Assembly (NCBI GenBank): GCA_963789265.1
Contig: CAWBKB010000001.1
Location: forward strand, 1,600,001 to 1,664,000
Origin: an uncultured delta proteobacterium
Lineage (GTDB): Bacteria; Desulfobacterota; Desulfomonilia; Desulfomonilales; Desulfomonilaceae
Length of the DNA stretch: 64,000 nucleotides
Direction of reading: 5' to 3'
A program made the translations under genes and the position numbers. The notes beneath the pieces were generated by a model that searched no databases, was not told the DNA's origin, and saw nothing but the letters and a program-made list of their open reading frames with translations. Shown here piece by piece: positions 1-10,772 of this stretch. How positions within the stretch are numbered: the first letter of the stretch is position 1; the number at the start of each line of letters is the position of its first letter.

Positions 1-95
1 CCAGCAGTGGCACCCAAATACGCGACCGTGTTGTCGCTACGCAGTACCAATCTTATTCTTTGATTTAGCTCATTATAGCAGGGCCTTAGCCCAGG

Positions 96-1448
96 CTACG
101 CGCTCCCTTCTACCGGTTTCTTAGTTGTTACCTCACAAGAAAGTTCGCCGCGGTGCAAACGAACCTGCAATACTTCTCCGATTTGAACTTCCGCAGCGTC
201 GCCGATCACCTTGCCGGTTTCGGGCCTGAGAGTGATGGAGTAACCTCTGGCGAGCACGGACAGAGGGCTGAGATTGTCCAACCTGGCTGAAAGGTTTTCA
301 ACCGAGCTGAGGCTTGCTTTAATTTTATCTCGAATTGCCCTCAGGAGTTCCGATGACAGCGCGGAGCATTGATCCTTCCCAGCGCCCATTTCCCTGACCA
401 AATACTGGGGCCTAAGTCGTGTCGCGACCGCTTCCGTTTCTCTGCCCAGCACTTCCAACTGACGGCGGACGGTGCGGGCCAACCGAATTGTGAGATCATC
501 CAGCTTCATACGACGCTCCTCGATTTGGCGTCGGGGATCGTAAAGCCTCTTGACGAATTCGCTCAGGCTCTCTACACGCCTTTCCAAGAAGTTCCTTATG
601 CAGGTTTTCATCCTGGCCAAGAGATGCAGCACGTGTTCCTGCAAATCACGTTTGTCGGGAACGATCATTTCAGCCGCGGCCGAAGGCGTGGATGCTCGCA
701 GGTCGGCAGCGAAGTCCGTTAGCGTGACATCCGTCTCGTGTCCGACTGCGCTCACTATCGGGATGCGGCAACCAGCTACGGCTCTCACAACCGTCTCGTC
801 ATTAAAAGCCCAAAGATCTTCAATGGAGCCGCCGCCTCGGCCCACTATGATGACATCTACGTCGCCCGCATTGCACAGCCTGTCGATAGCGGCCACAATC
901 TCCCCCGGCGCTCGATCGCCTTGCACGGAAGCAGGGCTCACGAGAATGTGGGTTCCCGGAAACCGTCGTTTGCAAATACGGATCATATCGCGGACAGCCG
1001 CGCCCCTCGGGGAAGTTACCAATCCAATTCTTTTTGGCATAGGAGGAATGGGTCTCTTGTTTTCCTCGACAAAGAGACCTTCAGCCGTGAGCTTCTTCTT
1101 CAATTGTTCGAAGGCCAGCATGAGGCTCCCTAGCCCTGCCGGCTCCATCGTATCCAGAATTAGCTGATATTCTCCTCGCATATTGTAAACGGAAATCCTG
1201 CCCCAAGCGATCACGCTCAATCCGTCTTCAGGCCTGAACTTGAGAAAACGACGCTGCAACTTGAACATCACGCATCGGATCTGGGCCGTATCGTCCTTCA
1301 AGGTAAAATAAACATGCCCCGACGGAGCCGGGTGAAAGTTGGAGATTTCGCCTTGGATCCAAACCGACGGAAATTCACGTTCTAATAGCACCCTGATCCG
1401 GTCGGTCAGTTCGGAGACGGTATATATTTTGCGTTCCGGTAGTTCCAT
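96..1448 (-). CDS. xseA: Exodeoxyribonuclease VII large subunit
   Basis: N-terminal OB fold (VWIQGEISNF..SGHVYFTLKD), RGGGSIEDLWAFN, SAVGHETD, STPSAAAE and C-terminal LSPLSVLARGYSI motifs. Confidence 0.97.
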   Translation of the reverse strand: MELPERKIYTVSELTDRIRVLLEREFPSVWIQGEISNFHPAPSGHVYFTLKDDTAQIRCVMFKLQRRFLKFRPEDGLSVIAWGRISVYNMRGEYQLILDTMEPAGLGSLMLAFEQLKKKLTAEGLFVEENKRPIPPMPKRIGLVTSPRGAAVRDMIRICKRRFPGTHILVSPASVQGDRAPGEIVAAIDRLCNAGDVDVIIVGRGGGSIEDLWAFNDETVVRAVAGCRIPIVSAVGHETDVTLTDFAADLRASTPSAAAEMIVPDKRDLQEHVLHLLARMKTCIRNFLERRVESLSEFVKRLYDPRRQIEERRMKLDDLTIRLARTVRRQLEVLGRETEAVATRLRPQYLVREMGAGKDQCSALSSELLRAIRDKIKASLSSVENLSARLDNLSPLSVLARGYSITLRPETGKVIGDAAEVQIGEVLQVRLHRGELSCEVTTKKPVEGSA

Positions 1449-1669
1449 CCGCTTGTCCTAAAAGCCGGTTTACCGCACCGATCCCATCGTCGGCCTACGT
1501 GGGGCACGGTCCGTATGCAGGAGTGCATTCTATAGGGTGAAGCGATGACTTTCAATGTTGGAGACTTATATAGAAATGCACTCTTATAGCATTTGTCCAA
1601 ATAGACGTCCTCTTGTCCGTCTGGAGCATAGTCATTCGAAGACTTGGCCAGGGGCGTTTTTTTGTCGTC

Positions 1670-1689
1670 ATTCCCGCGCCCCTGGGAAT
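1670..1689. repeat. ATTCCC-N8-GGGAAT palindromic repeat (dRS3-like); variant at 30372-30391
   Basis: attccc gcgcccct gggaat here; attctc gcgtatgc gggaat at 30372; both preceded by gtc. Confidence 0.6.
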
Positions 1690-1888
1690 CCTTTGTATGA
1701 GCACGTCTCGCGGGTGCCGGCAAGCGGGCACAAATCCGCTTCGCGCTGGACTTCCCCTACATCCCCGGATCGCGGGACAGTTTTCCCGCTCTACAGTTTC
1801 GAGTTTTCTGCTGCCGGGCCTTTGCTTTGTAGAAATCGTGCTCAAAATAATGAGAAATCATGCTCAGTTCAATTACGAGGTGATCGCT

Positions 1889-2071
1889 ATGAAAGAAATT
1901 AATCTGGGACGAAGAAATAAGTCAAGAAAGCTTCGGGAGCCCCGCAAAATCAAAGCGGCGTCCGGACGCAAGCAAACAAAATTCGACTGCTATAGACACT
2001 GTATGGATGACCCGTGGGAAATGAAAGGCGAATCGGTCTGCGCTTCTGCATGTGGAGTCAAGTTTCTTTAG
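1889..2071 (+). CDS. Small basic Cys-rich hypothetical protein (60 aa)
   Basis: GAGGTG RBS at 1877-1882, ATG at 1889, CYRHC and CASAC motifs, followed by an intrinsic terminator. Confidence 0.6.
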   Translation: MKEINLGRRNKSRKLREPRKIKAASGRKQTKFDCYRHCMDDPWEMKGESVCASACGVKFL

Positions 2072-2101
2072 AAAATCGGAGCCTTTTAGTTCCAGTTGGG
2101 T

Positions 2102-2131
2102 ATGCCGGGACATCCTGCCCGGCATTTTTTT
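2102..2131 (+). terminator. Rho-independent terminator
   Basis: atgccggg-N8-cccggcat stem followed by a T run. Confidence 0.8.
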
Positions 2132-2276
2132 GTGTGACGGTTGTCACACCGCTAATTGGAGATGGCAGCAGCGGTTTTTAACCAGTTGAAGGTCAAACGA
2201 GTGGACAACTGATGAGGAAATGGGATATGAATCTGCTCTTATCAACTCGAACGCGCGAGCATTGAGGGGATGTTTG

Positions 2277-3401
2277 ATGTCTGAGGTTGAAATCCGCCGA
2301 GTAACCAAGAAGTCGGAATTAGATGAATTCATAGATTTACCCTGGAGGATCTATGCTGATGATGCCAATTGGGTCCCGCCGCTGAAGAAGGCAGTTCGTA
2401 GACTGCTTGATCCAGCTAAGCACCCGTTCTGGAAATTCTCCGAACGGGCCCTCTTTCTGGCCAAACGTGGGCCACGCACAGTCGGGCGGATTGCCGGAAT
2501 ATTGGACAACAATTTCAATTCCTTTCACGATGAAAAAATGGGCGCGTGGGGATTCTTTGAATGCGAGGACGACCCGGGTGCTGCTAAAGCTCTATTTGAC
2601 GCGGTTGAGCAATGGACGCGCAGTAAAGGTCTATCGTTCATGCGAGGACCGTTCAATCCGTCGACCAATTACGACATCGGCCTACTTATAGAAGGTTTTC
2701 AGTATCCCCCATCTATCATGATGCCTTACAACCCGTCCTATTACGCGCAGCTCATCGAGTCCCGCGGTTTCTCCAAAGAAAAAGATCTGGTGGCTGTGAT
2801 CCTTGAAAAGAACCAGACAAAAAGCGATCGAATTCAACGGTTGGCCCGGAGAATTGCACGGAACAAAAAAGTTACCGTCCGAAAAGCCGAGAAGAAGAAT
2901 TTCAGCTCGGAAATGGCTCTGATCAGAGAAATCTATAATGCGGCCTGGTCGCGAAACTGGGGCTTTGTTCCCATGACGGACGAGGAGATGCTCGACGTGG
3001 GTAAGGAGATGGTTCAGATCGCGGATACGGACCTGATACTCTTTACTTACTATGATGACGAACCGGTAGGAGTGACCATAGGCCTCCCCGATATTGGTCC
3101 TTTGCTAAAGCGCTTGAACGGTAAAATTGGACTCCTGGGTATTTTCAAAGTCCTGTTGTTCAAGCATGAAATCAGGAGCGCGAGAATTTTGGCCATGGGA
3201 TTCAAGAAATCCCATCAGGGCTTAGGCTTGCCTATCATTACATGCGATCACCTTCTAAGAGTGTGGGAAAAGAAGAACTACGACTTCGTTGAACTCGGCT
3301 GGAACCTTGAGGACAATTACGACATCGTCAATCTTGAATTAGAGTTCGGCGCCCGCATTTATAAGAGATATCGGATATTTCGGAAAGATCTCGCAATGTG
3401 A
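2277..3401 (+). CDS. GNAT-fold N-acyltransferase (YghO / bacterial ceramide synthase-like family)
   Basis: DLPWRIYADDANWVPPL, GRIAG, GFFEC, RGPFNPSTN, MMPYNPSYY, AWSRNWGFVP, WNLEDN, YKRYRIF; GAGGGG RBS before ATG 2277. Confidence 0.8.
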   Translation: MSEVEIRRVTKKSELDEFIDLPWRIYADDANWVPPLKKAVRRLLDPAKHPFWKFSERALFLAKRGPRTVGRIAGILDNNFNSFHDEKMGAWGFFECEDDPGAAKALFDAVEQWTRSKGLSFMRGPFNPSTNYDIGLLIEGFQYPPSIMMPYNPSYYAQLIESRGFSKEKDLVAVILEKNQTKSDRIQRLARRIARNKKVTVRKAEKKNFSSEMALIREIYNAAWSRNWGFVPMTDEEMLDVGKEMVQIADTDLILFTYYDDEPVGVTIGLPDIGPLLKRLNGKIGLLGIFKVLLFKHEIRSARILAMGFKKSHQGLGLPIITCDHLLRVWEKKNYDFVELGWNLEDNYDIVNLELEFGARIYKRYRIFRKDLAM

Positions 3402-3924
3402 AAAAAGGGGAGCCCGCGCTTAAACAGGGACGTGACCTTTTGTTCATTACAAAGGATGAAAATGCCTTCCCGCCTTAGGATCCTATCACGAGCATCCGGT
3501 TCTCGTCGAATTTCCCATGTGGCGCTAAAGTTGGATAAACAAAAGAATTCGCAGCCTGGCGGCGGTAAATCCCGCTGGATTCCCAAATGGTCATTCTAAA
3601 GCCACTTTTTTGCATTTCGACTCCGTGTCTTCCCACATTAGTCACCAAACCTACCGAAAATTCTGCCGATCCGATCTCGAAGAGACTGAAAAGAATAAAA
3701 TCCGGCTATCGCAAACGCTAAGGATGGGACTTGGCACCGTAACCATCTTATTTTACTGAGCCGCCACCGTGGCCACCGCTGAGGGAAAAGCGCATTTGTT
3801 TGCATCTTGCCAATGAAAACAGATGAAAGCTTTGCACCGACAAGTCAGCCCACATTAGGAGGTGGCTTGTCCATGTGGATCGTGGGATCATGCCGGTGGC
3901 TGGTGGGACACAAAGGCTTCCCAA

Positions 3925-4253
3925 GCGCATCCCCAGGTAAGAGCCTGGAGGTGATCCTCACCGGAGAAAGGATCGATGCTCAGGAAGCTTATCGGATCGG
4001 GCTTGTCAACGAGGTGGTGCCTTCTGATCAATTGCTCCCCGAAGCCACGAACCTGGCTGAACGGTTCTGCCGGAATGCGCCCCTTGCCGTACAGGCTGCC
4101 AAAGAGGCAGTTTACCGGGGGATGGGACCGTCCCCTTTCTAAGGGAATGGGGCTGGAGCAATCCTTGACAGATTCTGTTTTTCAATCTGAAGTTGCAAAG
4201 GAAGGTCCGAGGGCCTTTTCGAGAAGATGCCTCCAGTGTTCAAAGGAAAATAA
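3925..4253 (+). pseudogene. Enoyl-CoA hydratase C-terminal remnant
   Basis: ILTGERIDAQEAYRIGLVNEVVP...APLAVQAAKEAV, then frameshifts near 4125 and 4218 into ...EGPRAF and EKMPPVFKGK*; no N-terminal half. Confidence 0.75.
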
Positions 4254-4585
4254 ACCTAGCCAAAGGTATTTGAAATTCTTACTCTATCGGTTGTGCATCC
4301 GATAACCTTGTTTACCGAGCAAGTTGAATTAGCCCTCAAGGAGGCCTGTTCATGCGCGTCTTGAAGGGTGAGTGTATTCGTCAAACATATTGAATTGGCC
4401 GAGACGGGCGTTCTTCGGCTGATCAGGCCATGGAAGCAGGAAACGTAAAACCGTGGTGATAAGGCACTCGAGGAAGGGCAAGGGAATGCCTCTACCCACC
4501 CACGCTCGGGTCGCTCTCCGGCGTTGACTATCCTCCGGCTGGGCTGGTTTCTCGCAAACATTGCCCACATACGATAGCGAGAAGC

Positions 4586-6097
4586 CTACCTTCTGTGTGC
4601 CTTTTCTATGACTTTGGCATAAGTATGGTAATGCTCGCATCCAATAGAGTAATCAAAAAATCGGACCAATTGGGTCGGATTTTTCAGGAAAATTTTCAAG
4701 AGGTTCCGCCAAAAGACGAAGCGCGATGAATATAGGATTCCATGTCTTATGATCACGGCAAACAATCCTTTGATTTCGAACTTCTTAGGGAACTGAAACG
4801 ATCTGCGTCGGGCCAGAGGTTTCATCCTCAGGATGTGGGTGGCCACTCTGTCAAGATAATGTCTTCGATCGTACAGGCTATTGTACAGACTTGTAAACTC
4901 TTCCGTGATCTTCTCCATGGGTTTGGTGGGATTGAAGTTCATCGGACTCGTCTGGTTACTGAAGTTGCGGTAATCTCTTGTAAGGAGTCTGTCTTCTTTA
5001 GCCAGCCTGTTCCACAGGTCGGTCCCCGGTCCAGCTTGTAACAACGTTACAAACATTTCGGGGATACCCGTAAGACGAGCAAATTTCTGGAGCCGATCCC
5101 CGGCGTCGCTCGGTTCACCGTCAAATCCTAGAATACATCCGGCAATTATCCCAAGCCCCGCCTCATTAATTTTACGACACACTTCGACCAGGTCAACTTT
5201 CGTATTTTGTGATTTCTTTGTCCTCGTCAAAGTCTCTTCGTCAAGTGTTTCTATGCCGAGAAATACCTTGAAGAACCCAGCCTCAACCATGAGATCCAAC
5301 AGTTCATCGTCCGTGGCGAGATTCACTGAGGCTTGAGTGTAGAATCCATAGGGATTTCCGTGAACACCGAGCCATGGAATCATTTCTTCCAAGAGAGCTT
5401 TAGTCTTTCTGAAACTACCTACAAAATTGTCATCGGCAAGAAAGATGTAGTGCCGATAGCCGAGATCGTAGAGCGATTGCAATTCCGCGACAATCTGCTT
5501 GGGTGATTTCGTTCTCACCTTGTGCCCTAGCATGTGAGTAACATCGCAAAACTCGCATTCAAATGGGCATCCTCGTGAGAATTGGATAGACACGTTGAGA
5601 TATGCTGTAATATCAATCAGATCGTACCTAGGCACCGGCGATTTCTCCAGGTCAGCCATTGCCTGGGCCCGGATAATCACACCTGTTAGCCCTTGTGCAA
5701 TCGCTTCGAGGATCTCAGGCATAGTTGCTTCAGCCTCCCCGACTACGACGATGTCGGCCCCCTCCCTCAAAGCGTCTTCAGGGTAGTGGTACACCCATGC
5801 CCCGCCTATAACAACTTTTTTGCCTCGCTGATGGGCTTCACGTATAGTCTTGATAATATCTTCGTATTGTACGGTCATGCCCGTGATGAACACCAGGTCG
5901 GCTTCTGTCCATTGGGATTCTTTGACTTGTTCGAATTCGCGATCAACTACTTCGAGTTGCCATTGCGAGGGTAACAGGGCTGCCACCGTAAGCAGACCCA
6001 ATGGCGGCAGGGTAGCCTTTTTGCCGAGTAGTTTCAGTACTGGCCCAAATGACCAGAATGTTGTCGGAGTCGCTGGGTTTATGAGCAGAGCTTTCAA
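4586..6097 (-). CDS. B12-binding radical SAM protein (DUF4070 / HpnP-like family)
   Basis: PPLGLLTVAALLP, SRGCPFECEFC (CxxxCxxC), DDNF, GFYTQASVNLA. Confidence 0.88.
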   Translation of the reverse strand: MKALLINPATPTTFWSFGPVLKLLGKKATLPPLGLLTVAALLPSQWQLEVVDREFEQVKESQWTEADLVFITGMTVQYEDIIKTIREAHQRGKKVVIGGAWVYHYPEDALREGADIVVVGEAEATMPEILEAIAQGLTGVIIRAQAMADLEKSPVPRYDLIDITAYLNVSIQFSRGCPFECEFCDVTHMLGHKVRTKSPKQIVAELQSLYDLGYRHYIFLADDNFVGSFRKTKALLEEMIPWLGVHGNPYGFYTQASVNLATDDELLDLMVEAGFFKVFLGIETLDEETLTRTKKSQNTKVDLVEVCRKINEAGLGIIAGCILGFDGEPSDAGDRLQKFARLTGIPEMFVTLLQAGPGTDLWNRLAKEDRLLTRDYRNFSNQTSPMNFNPTKPMEKITEEFTSLYNSLYDRRHYLDRVATHILRMKPLARRRSFQFPKKFEIKGLFAVIIRHGILYSSRFVFWRNLLKIFLKNPTQLVRFFDYSIGCEHYHTYAKVIEKAHRR

Positions 6098-6719
6098 ACT
6101 TCGTCTTCTCCTCGAATCGCGAGTTGGTGTCGACGTTGCTGTTGACAGGAATCATGCGGCGGTCTTGCTATTTTGAGCGTTTGGGAACCGTTGAGCAGTC
6201 GAGTTACAGTTTCGAAGACCCGAAAATATGTCCGCAAGAAGTACCACAGTTCCCGATCCAGGCAAAACCGTCGTCACCTCACTGAGAAAGCCACATTTTC
6301 CCAGTTTTTGAACATACACGGTCGTCCGCGCCACTGTCAACCAAATTTCTGTCAGCTCTCACTCGAAGACAGGGCAGTAATGTCGAGCCAAGAAAAAGTG
6401 CCGACGCCACATCAACATGCCAACTCCTTGCACGATAAGATACTGTGGCTCCAGCCTTCAAGATTGGGGCAACGTTTGTCGGCCATCGATAACTGACAGA
6501 GTTCATATTCTTCCGGTGCTTCAGGTGAGTCTTATACAATTCGTTCAGAACCATTCTTTTGACTCCGCTGTTCGTCTTTCGTTGGCATAAACCAACGTGA
6601 AATGTGAGTGCCAATTTCCTGACCGAATGGTTCCTCGGCTGCCTTCGATTCATTGACGTTTTTTCCCGATTCTCAAATACGTCAAACATCAATTCCTGTT
6701 TCTCCACAATTCCAACTTA

Positions 6720-8008
6720 GGGATTGTCCACAAATAAGTCTTGCAATTTGATTTCGCGTTTTGTATAGAGCGGGGGCATGATTGATGTGTCCCATATCAT
6801 AAAGAGGTTCGAATTGCTAGAACCTTTATTGGGTGAGCGCGAAGTCAGAATGCTTGACGCGGCTGAAGCAGAGTGCATAGGCCGCGGTGGGGTAACGCTG
6901 GTCGCGGAAGCGACCGGGGTATCTCAGCGTAGGATTGCCGAGGGGATCAAGGAGTTGAGGCAGGAGGAACGCCTGGACAAAGGCCGGACCCGCAGAAAGG
7001 GAGGAGGCCGCAAGAGAATCATCGAGAAAGACGACGCTCTGGAACGGGATTTGGAACTTTTGCTGGACCCGTGCACTCGGGGCGATCCCGAATCACCGTT
7101 GAGGTGGACGAGTAAAAGCTTGCGGAAACTTGCAAGAGAGCTGACGGCCATGGAACATAAGATCGGGAAGTCAGCCCTAGCTGGAATCCTTCGGAAAATG
7201 GGATACAGCCTTCAGGCAAACCGAAGGACCCTGGAGGGTTCATCCCACGAGGACCGTGACGCGCAATTTCAGCACATCAGTTCCAGAGCCTTGGAGTTTC
7301 TCAAAGATGGGCAACCGGTTCTATCGGTAGACGCCAAGAAGAAGGAGTTGATAGGCCGATTCAAGAATGGCGGACGTGAATATCGTCCCAAAGGCAACCC
7401 CCAAGAGGTTTGTGTCTACGACTTCATGGACAAGCAATTAGGTAAGGGGGTCCCCTACGGGGTGTACGATACCGGCAAAAACGAGGCTTGGGTGAGCGTG
7501 GGCATTGACCACGACACCGCATCCTTTGCAGCGGAATCCATACGGCGGTGGTGGCGTTACATGGGAGAAGAGTCCTATCCCAATGCGAAGAAACTGCTGA
7601 TAACAGCTGATTCCGGCGGCAGCAACGGCTCCAGAATTCGACTCTGGAAAATGGAACTGCAGAATCTTGCAGACGAACACGGCATGGAGATTTCCGTGTG
7701 CCACCTGCCTCCCGGCACCAGCAAATGGAATAAGATCGAGCACCGACTCTTCGCATTCATTACCCAAAACTGGAGAGGAAAACCTCTGGTAAGCCACGAA
7801 GTCATCGTCAGTCTCATAGCGCACACAACGACCTCCACAGGACTCAAGGTCCGCTGCGAGCTTGACACCAACGCCTATCCTAAAGGGACCAAGATATCGG
7901 ATAAGGAATTCGCAACCATAAACATCTCAAAGAACAACTTTCATGGCGAATGGAACTATACCGCACCGCGGAGCCCCTAAAATGAGACAGTTAGTTATGG
8001 ACAAGCCC
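6720..8008 (+). mobile_element. ISAzo13-family insertion sequence
   Basis: Terminal IRs gggattgtccacaaataa / ttagttatggacaagccc around the transposase; flanks TTA and TAA are not direct repeats. Confidence 0.88.
6778..7980 (+). CDS. ISAzo13-family DDE transposase
   Basis: TRGDPESPLRWTSKS, SVDAKKKELIG, ADSGGSNGSR, PPGTSKWNKIEHRLF, FHGEWNYT. Confidence 0.95.
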   Translation: MIDVSHIIKRFELLEPLLGEREVRMLDAAEAECIGRGGVTLVAEATGVSQRRIAEGIKELRQEERLDKGRTRRKGGGRKRIIEKDDALERDLELLLDPCTRGDPESPLRWTSKSLRKLARELTAMEHKIGKSALAGILRKMGYSLQANRRTLEGSSHEDRDAQFQHISSRALEFLKDGQPVLSVDAKKKELIGRFKNGGREYRPKGNPQEVCVYDFMDKQLGKGVPYGVYDTGKNEAWVSVGIDHDTASFAAESIRRWWRYMGEESYPNAKKLLITADSGGSNGSRIRLWKMELQNLADEHGMEISVCHLPPGTSKWNKIEHRLFAFITQNWRGKPLVSHEVIVSLIAHTTTSTGLKVRCELDTNAYPKGTKISDKEFATINISKNNFHGEWNYTAPRSP

Positions 8009-8994
8009 TAAGCACCCGTTCTGGAAATTCTCCGAACGGGCCCTCTTTCTGGCCAAACGTGGGCCACGCACAGTCGGGCGGATTGCCGGAATATTGGACA
8101 ACAATTTCAATTCCTTTCACGATGAAAAAATGGGCGCGTGGGGATTCTTTGAATGCGAGGACGACCCGGGTGCTGCTAAAGCTCTATTTGACGCGGTTGA
8201 GCAGTGGACGCGCAGTAAAGGTCTATCGTTCATGCGAGGACCGTTCAATCCGTCGACCAATTACGACATCGGCCTACTTATAGAAGGTTTTCAGTATCCC
8301 CCGTCTATCATGATGCCTTACAACCCGTCCTATTACGCGCAGCTCATCGAGTCCTGCGGTCTTTCCAAAGAAAAAGATCTGGTGGCCGTGATCCTTGAAA
8401 AGAATCAAGCCAAAAGTGATCGAGTTCAACGGTTGGCCCGGAGAATTGCACGGAACAAAAAGGTTACCATCCGAAAAGCGGAGAAGAAGAATTTCAGCTC
8501 GGAAATGGCTCTGATCAGAGAAATCTATAATGCGGCCTGGTCGCGAAACTGGGGCTTTGTTCCCATGACAGACGAAGAAATGCTCGACGTGGGCAAGGAG
8601 ATGCTTCAGATCGCGGATACTGACTTGATACTCTTCACTTACTTTGAAGACGAGCCGGTTGGGGTGACCATAGTACTTCCCGACATCGGACCTTTGCTAA
8701 AGCGCTTGAACGGCAAGATTGGACTCCTCGGTATTTTCAAAGTCCTGTTGTTCAAGCATGAAATCAGGAGCGCGGCGAGCTTTGGCCATGGGATTCAAGA
8801 AATCCCATCAAGGCTTGGGCTTGCCTATTATTACGTTCGATCACCTGCTGAAAGTGTGGGAAAAGAAAAACTTTGATTTTATTGAAATTGGTTGGAACCT
8901 TGAAGACAATCATGACATCATCAACCTTGAATTGGAGTTCGGCTCCCGTATTTATAAGCGATATCGGATATTTCGGAAAGATATCGTGATTTGA
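8009..8994 (+). pseudogene. 5'-truncated paralog of the GNAT gene at 2277-3401
   Basis: Near-identical to 2417 onward, starting exactly at the IS right end; +1 frameshift near 8774. Confidence 0.9.
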
Positions 8995-9096
8995 AAAACG
9001 TCGAGTCTCTGTTGAAGGGCAAACTTTCCGAGTCTGTCTCAAAACTAAACCGTGAATAAAATTCGTAGCACGATGCTCCCTTTTCCCGGCAATGAA

Positions 9097-10772
9097 GAGA
9101 GTGTCTCAAAACGGTTGTAGTGGCACGATGACGACTCTCGGGGTGGTAGGGTGCGGTTAATCTCGCACCTTGGCCTCCCTTGTCTCCGACGAGCCGGGGC
9201 CGGCTATGAGTATGCCTCAGGCAGCCATGAGTCACTCTCCGTCCTGATGTCTTAGGCCGCGGTTAGCACCAGACGCCCCGTCAGCCAATGGCTGTAGAGC
9301 TTCTTGAGATTCAAGGTGGCGCACATCAAAGACCATTGAGCCCTCGCATTGGATAATCCGGACACGGTCCACCGTCTAAAGTCCAAGTGGCTCTTTATCC
9401 ATGCAAAGACCGGCTCAATGATCACCTTGCGGGCTCGGAGTAGCGTCTTGCTTTCCGGGACCTCCCGTTTCTTGCGGTGGCGCTCAACTGCGTCACGATA
9501 GATGTTAATGTCTATGAGACGGCCATTCTTGCTCTTGCTGCACTTCCACCGTTCAGGACACGTCAAGTAGTCCCGGCATCGATACCGCCGGATCTCGTTT
9601 CCGTTTTTTCCTGTGACTTTCTTCTGAAGAAAGTTCAGCGATGCGCCTTGCGGACAAATACAGACGTCTCGCTCTTGGTCGTAGACGAACTGGGAAGCGT
9701 GATAAGGGTCCCATTGAGCGCCTTTTTCCGCAGCGGACTCTCCCGACGACTTGGCGACCAAGACCTCGTACTCCTTCTCTTCGGCCAACGCGATTTGAGC
9801 CGATGCGAAGTATCCTGCGTCCGCCACGGTTTCCTCTGCGGTTGCGCCCAAATTTTCCTGAACTCGATCCAGCATGGGAACAAGCTGCCCATTGTCATTG
9901 CCTTCGTCGACCACTTCCTCAGCCACAATCATGCCGCTTTGTTGGTCTGCCACCGCTTGAGCATTGTAAGAGGGCTCAGTAGACCGCCGGTTCTTCATGT
10001 ACCGGGCATCCGGCTCGCAGGGATGGACGACCTTCTTGTCAGTCTTATCCAATTCCTGCAAGGCCTTCTGTATCCGCTCCTTGCGTTTCAACTCGTCCTG
10101 CAGGGCTTCGGGAAGACGCCATTCGCCACCCTCCTCTTGCTCGCACCTCTCTGTCTCCGTCATGACGTCGGCAACGCACTTGTCCAAATTCTCAAGCATC
10201 CGCTCCAACTGATCTTGGTTCTTGAACTTCTCCCGAGATGATCCGACAGGGATCTTGGTTCCATCCAATGCATGAACCGCCATACCTATCAACTCGGCTT
10301 TGACTGCCACTTGAACCGATTGTTTGAATATTCCCTTGAAAACCTTCTTGTTGTCCCTCCAGAATCGCCACAGGGTATTATGATCCGCTGCATTCATACC
10401 CGTCAGCCAAATCAATCCCATGTTCTCCATGCATGCCTTCTCAAGCTTGCGCGATGACCTGATTCTGCTGAAATAGCCGTAGAGCCATGCCTTCAACAAA
10501 AGATCGGTACTATAGGGAGGACGGCCCGTTTCGCCATTCGGAACTCGAAAACCCAGCACCTCCAAATCCAAGGAATCCACAAAGTCTCCTATGAAGCGCG
10601 CTGGATGATCAGGCCCTATCCAGTCATCTATAGCGGGCGGAAGCAGAAACACCTGCTTGTAGTCGGCTCTGATTTGCGGCATAATCCTTTCCCTCTCCGA
10701 TTCTCTTTTCACATCTCATTAGTAGAATCGGTTGAGAATCGCGAGCCCAAAATCGACTTTTGAGACAGTGTC
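9097..10772 (-). mobile_element. IS1182-family insertion sequence
   Basis: IRs gagagtgtctcaaaa (9097) / ttttgagacagtgtc (to 10772). Confidence 0.85.
9252..10712 (-). CDS. IS1182-family transposase (start may be ATG 10682)
   Basis: GRPPY, SSRKLEKAC, DHNTLWRF, ALDGTKI, SYNAQAVAD, ADAGY, IEPVFAWIK. Confidence 0.95.
   Translation of the reverse strand: MKRESERERIMPQIRADYKQVFLLPPAIDDWIGPDHPARFIGDFVDSLDLEVLGFRVPNGETGRPPYSTDLLLKAWLYGYFSRIRSSRKLEKACMENMGLIWLTGMNAADHNTLWRFWRDNKKVFKGIFKQSVQVAVKAELIGMAVHALDGTKIPVGSSREKFKNQDQLERMLENLDKCVADVMTETERCEQEEGGEWRLPEALQDELKRKERIQKALQELDKTDKKVVHPCEPDARYMKNRRSTEPSYNAQAVADQQSGMIVAEEVVDEGNDNGQLVPMLDRVQENLGATAEETVADAGYFASAQIALAEEKEYEVLVAKSSGESAAEKGAQWDPYHASQFVYDQERDVCICPQGASLNFLQKKVTGKNGNEIRRYRCRDYLTCPERWKCSKSKNGRLIDINIYRDAVERHRKKREVPESKTLLRARKVIIEPVFAWIKSHLDFRRWTVSGLSNARAQWSLMCATLNLKKLYSHWLTGRLVLTAA

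Noticed and set aside
4256..4580. Short GGAGG-ATG ORF and minus-strand ORFs
   Set aside because: Stops after 13 codons; no family resemblance
6100..6715. ORFs 6173-6496 and 6279-6707
   Set aside because: Overlapping, no motifs or clear RBS; probably non-coding
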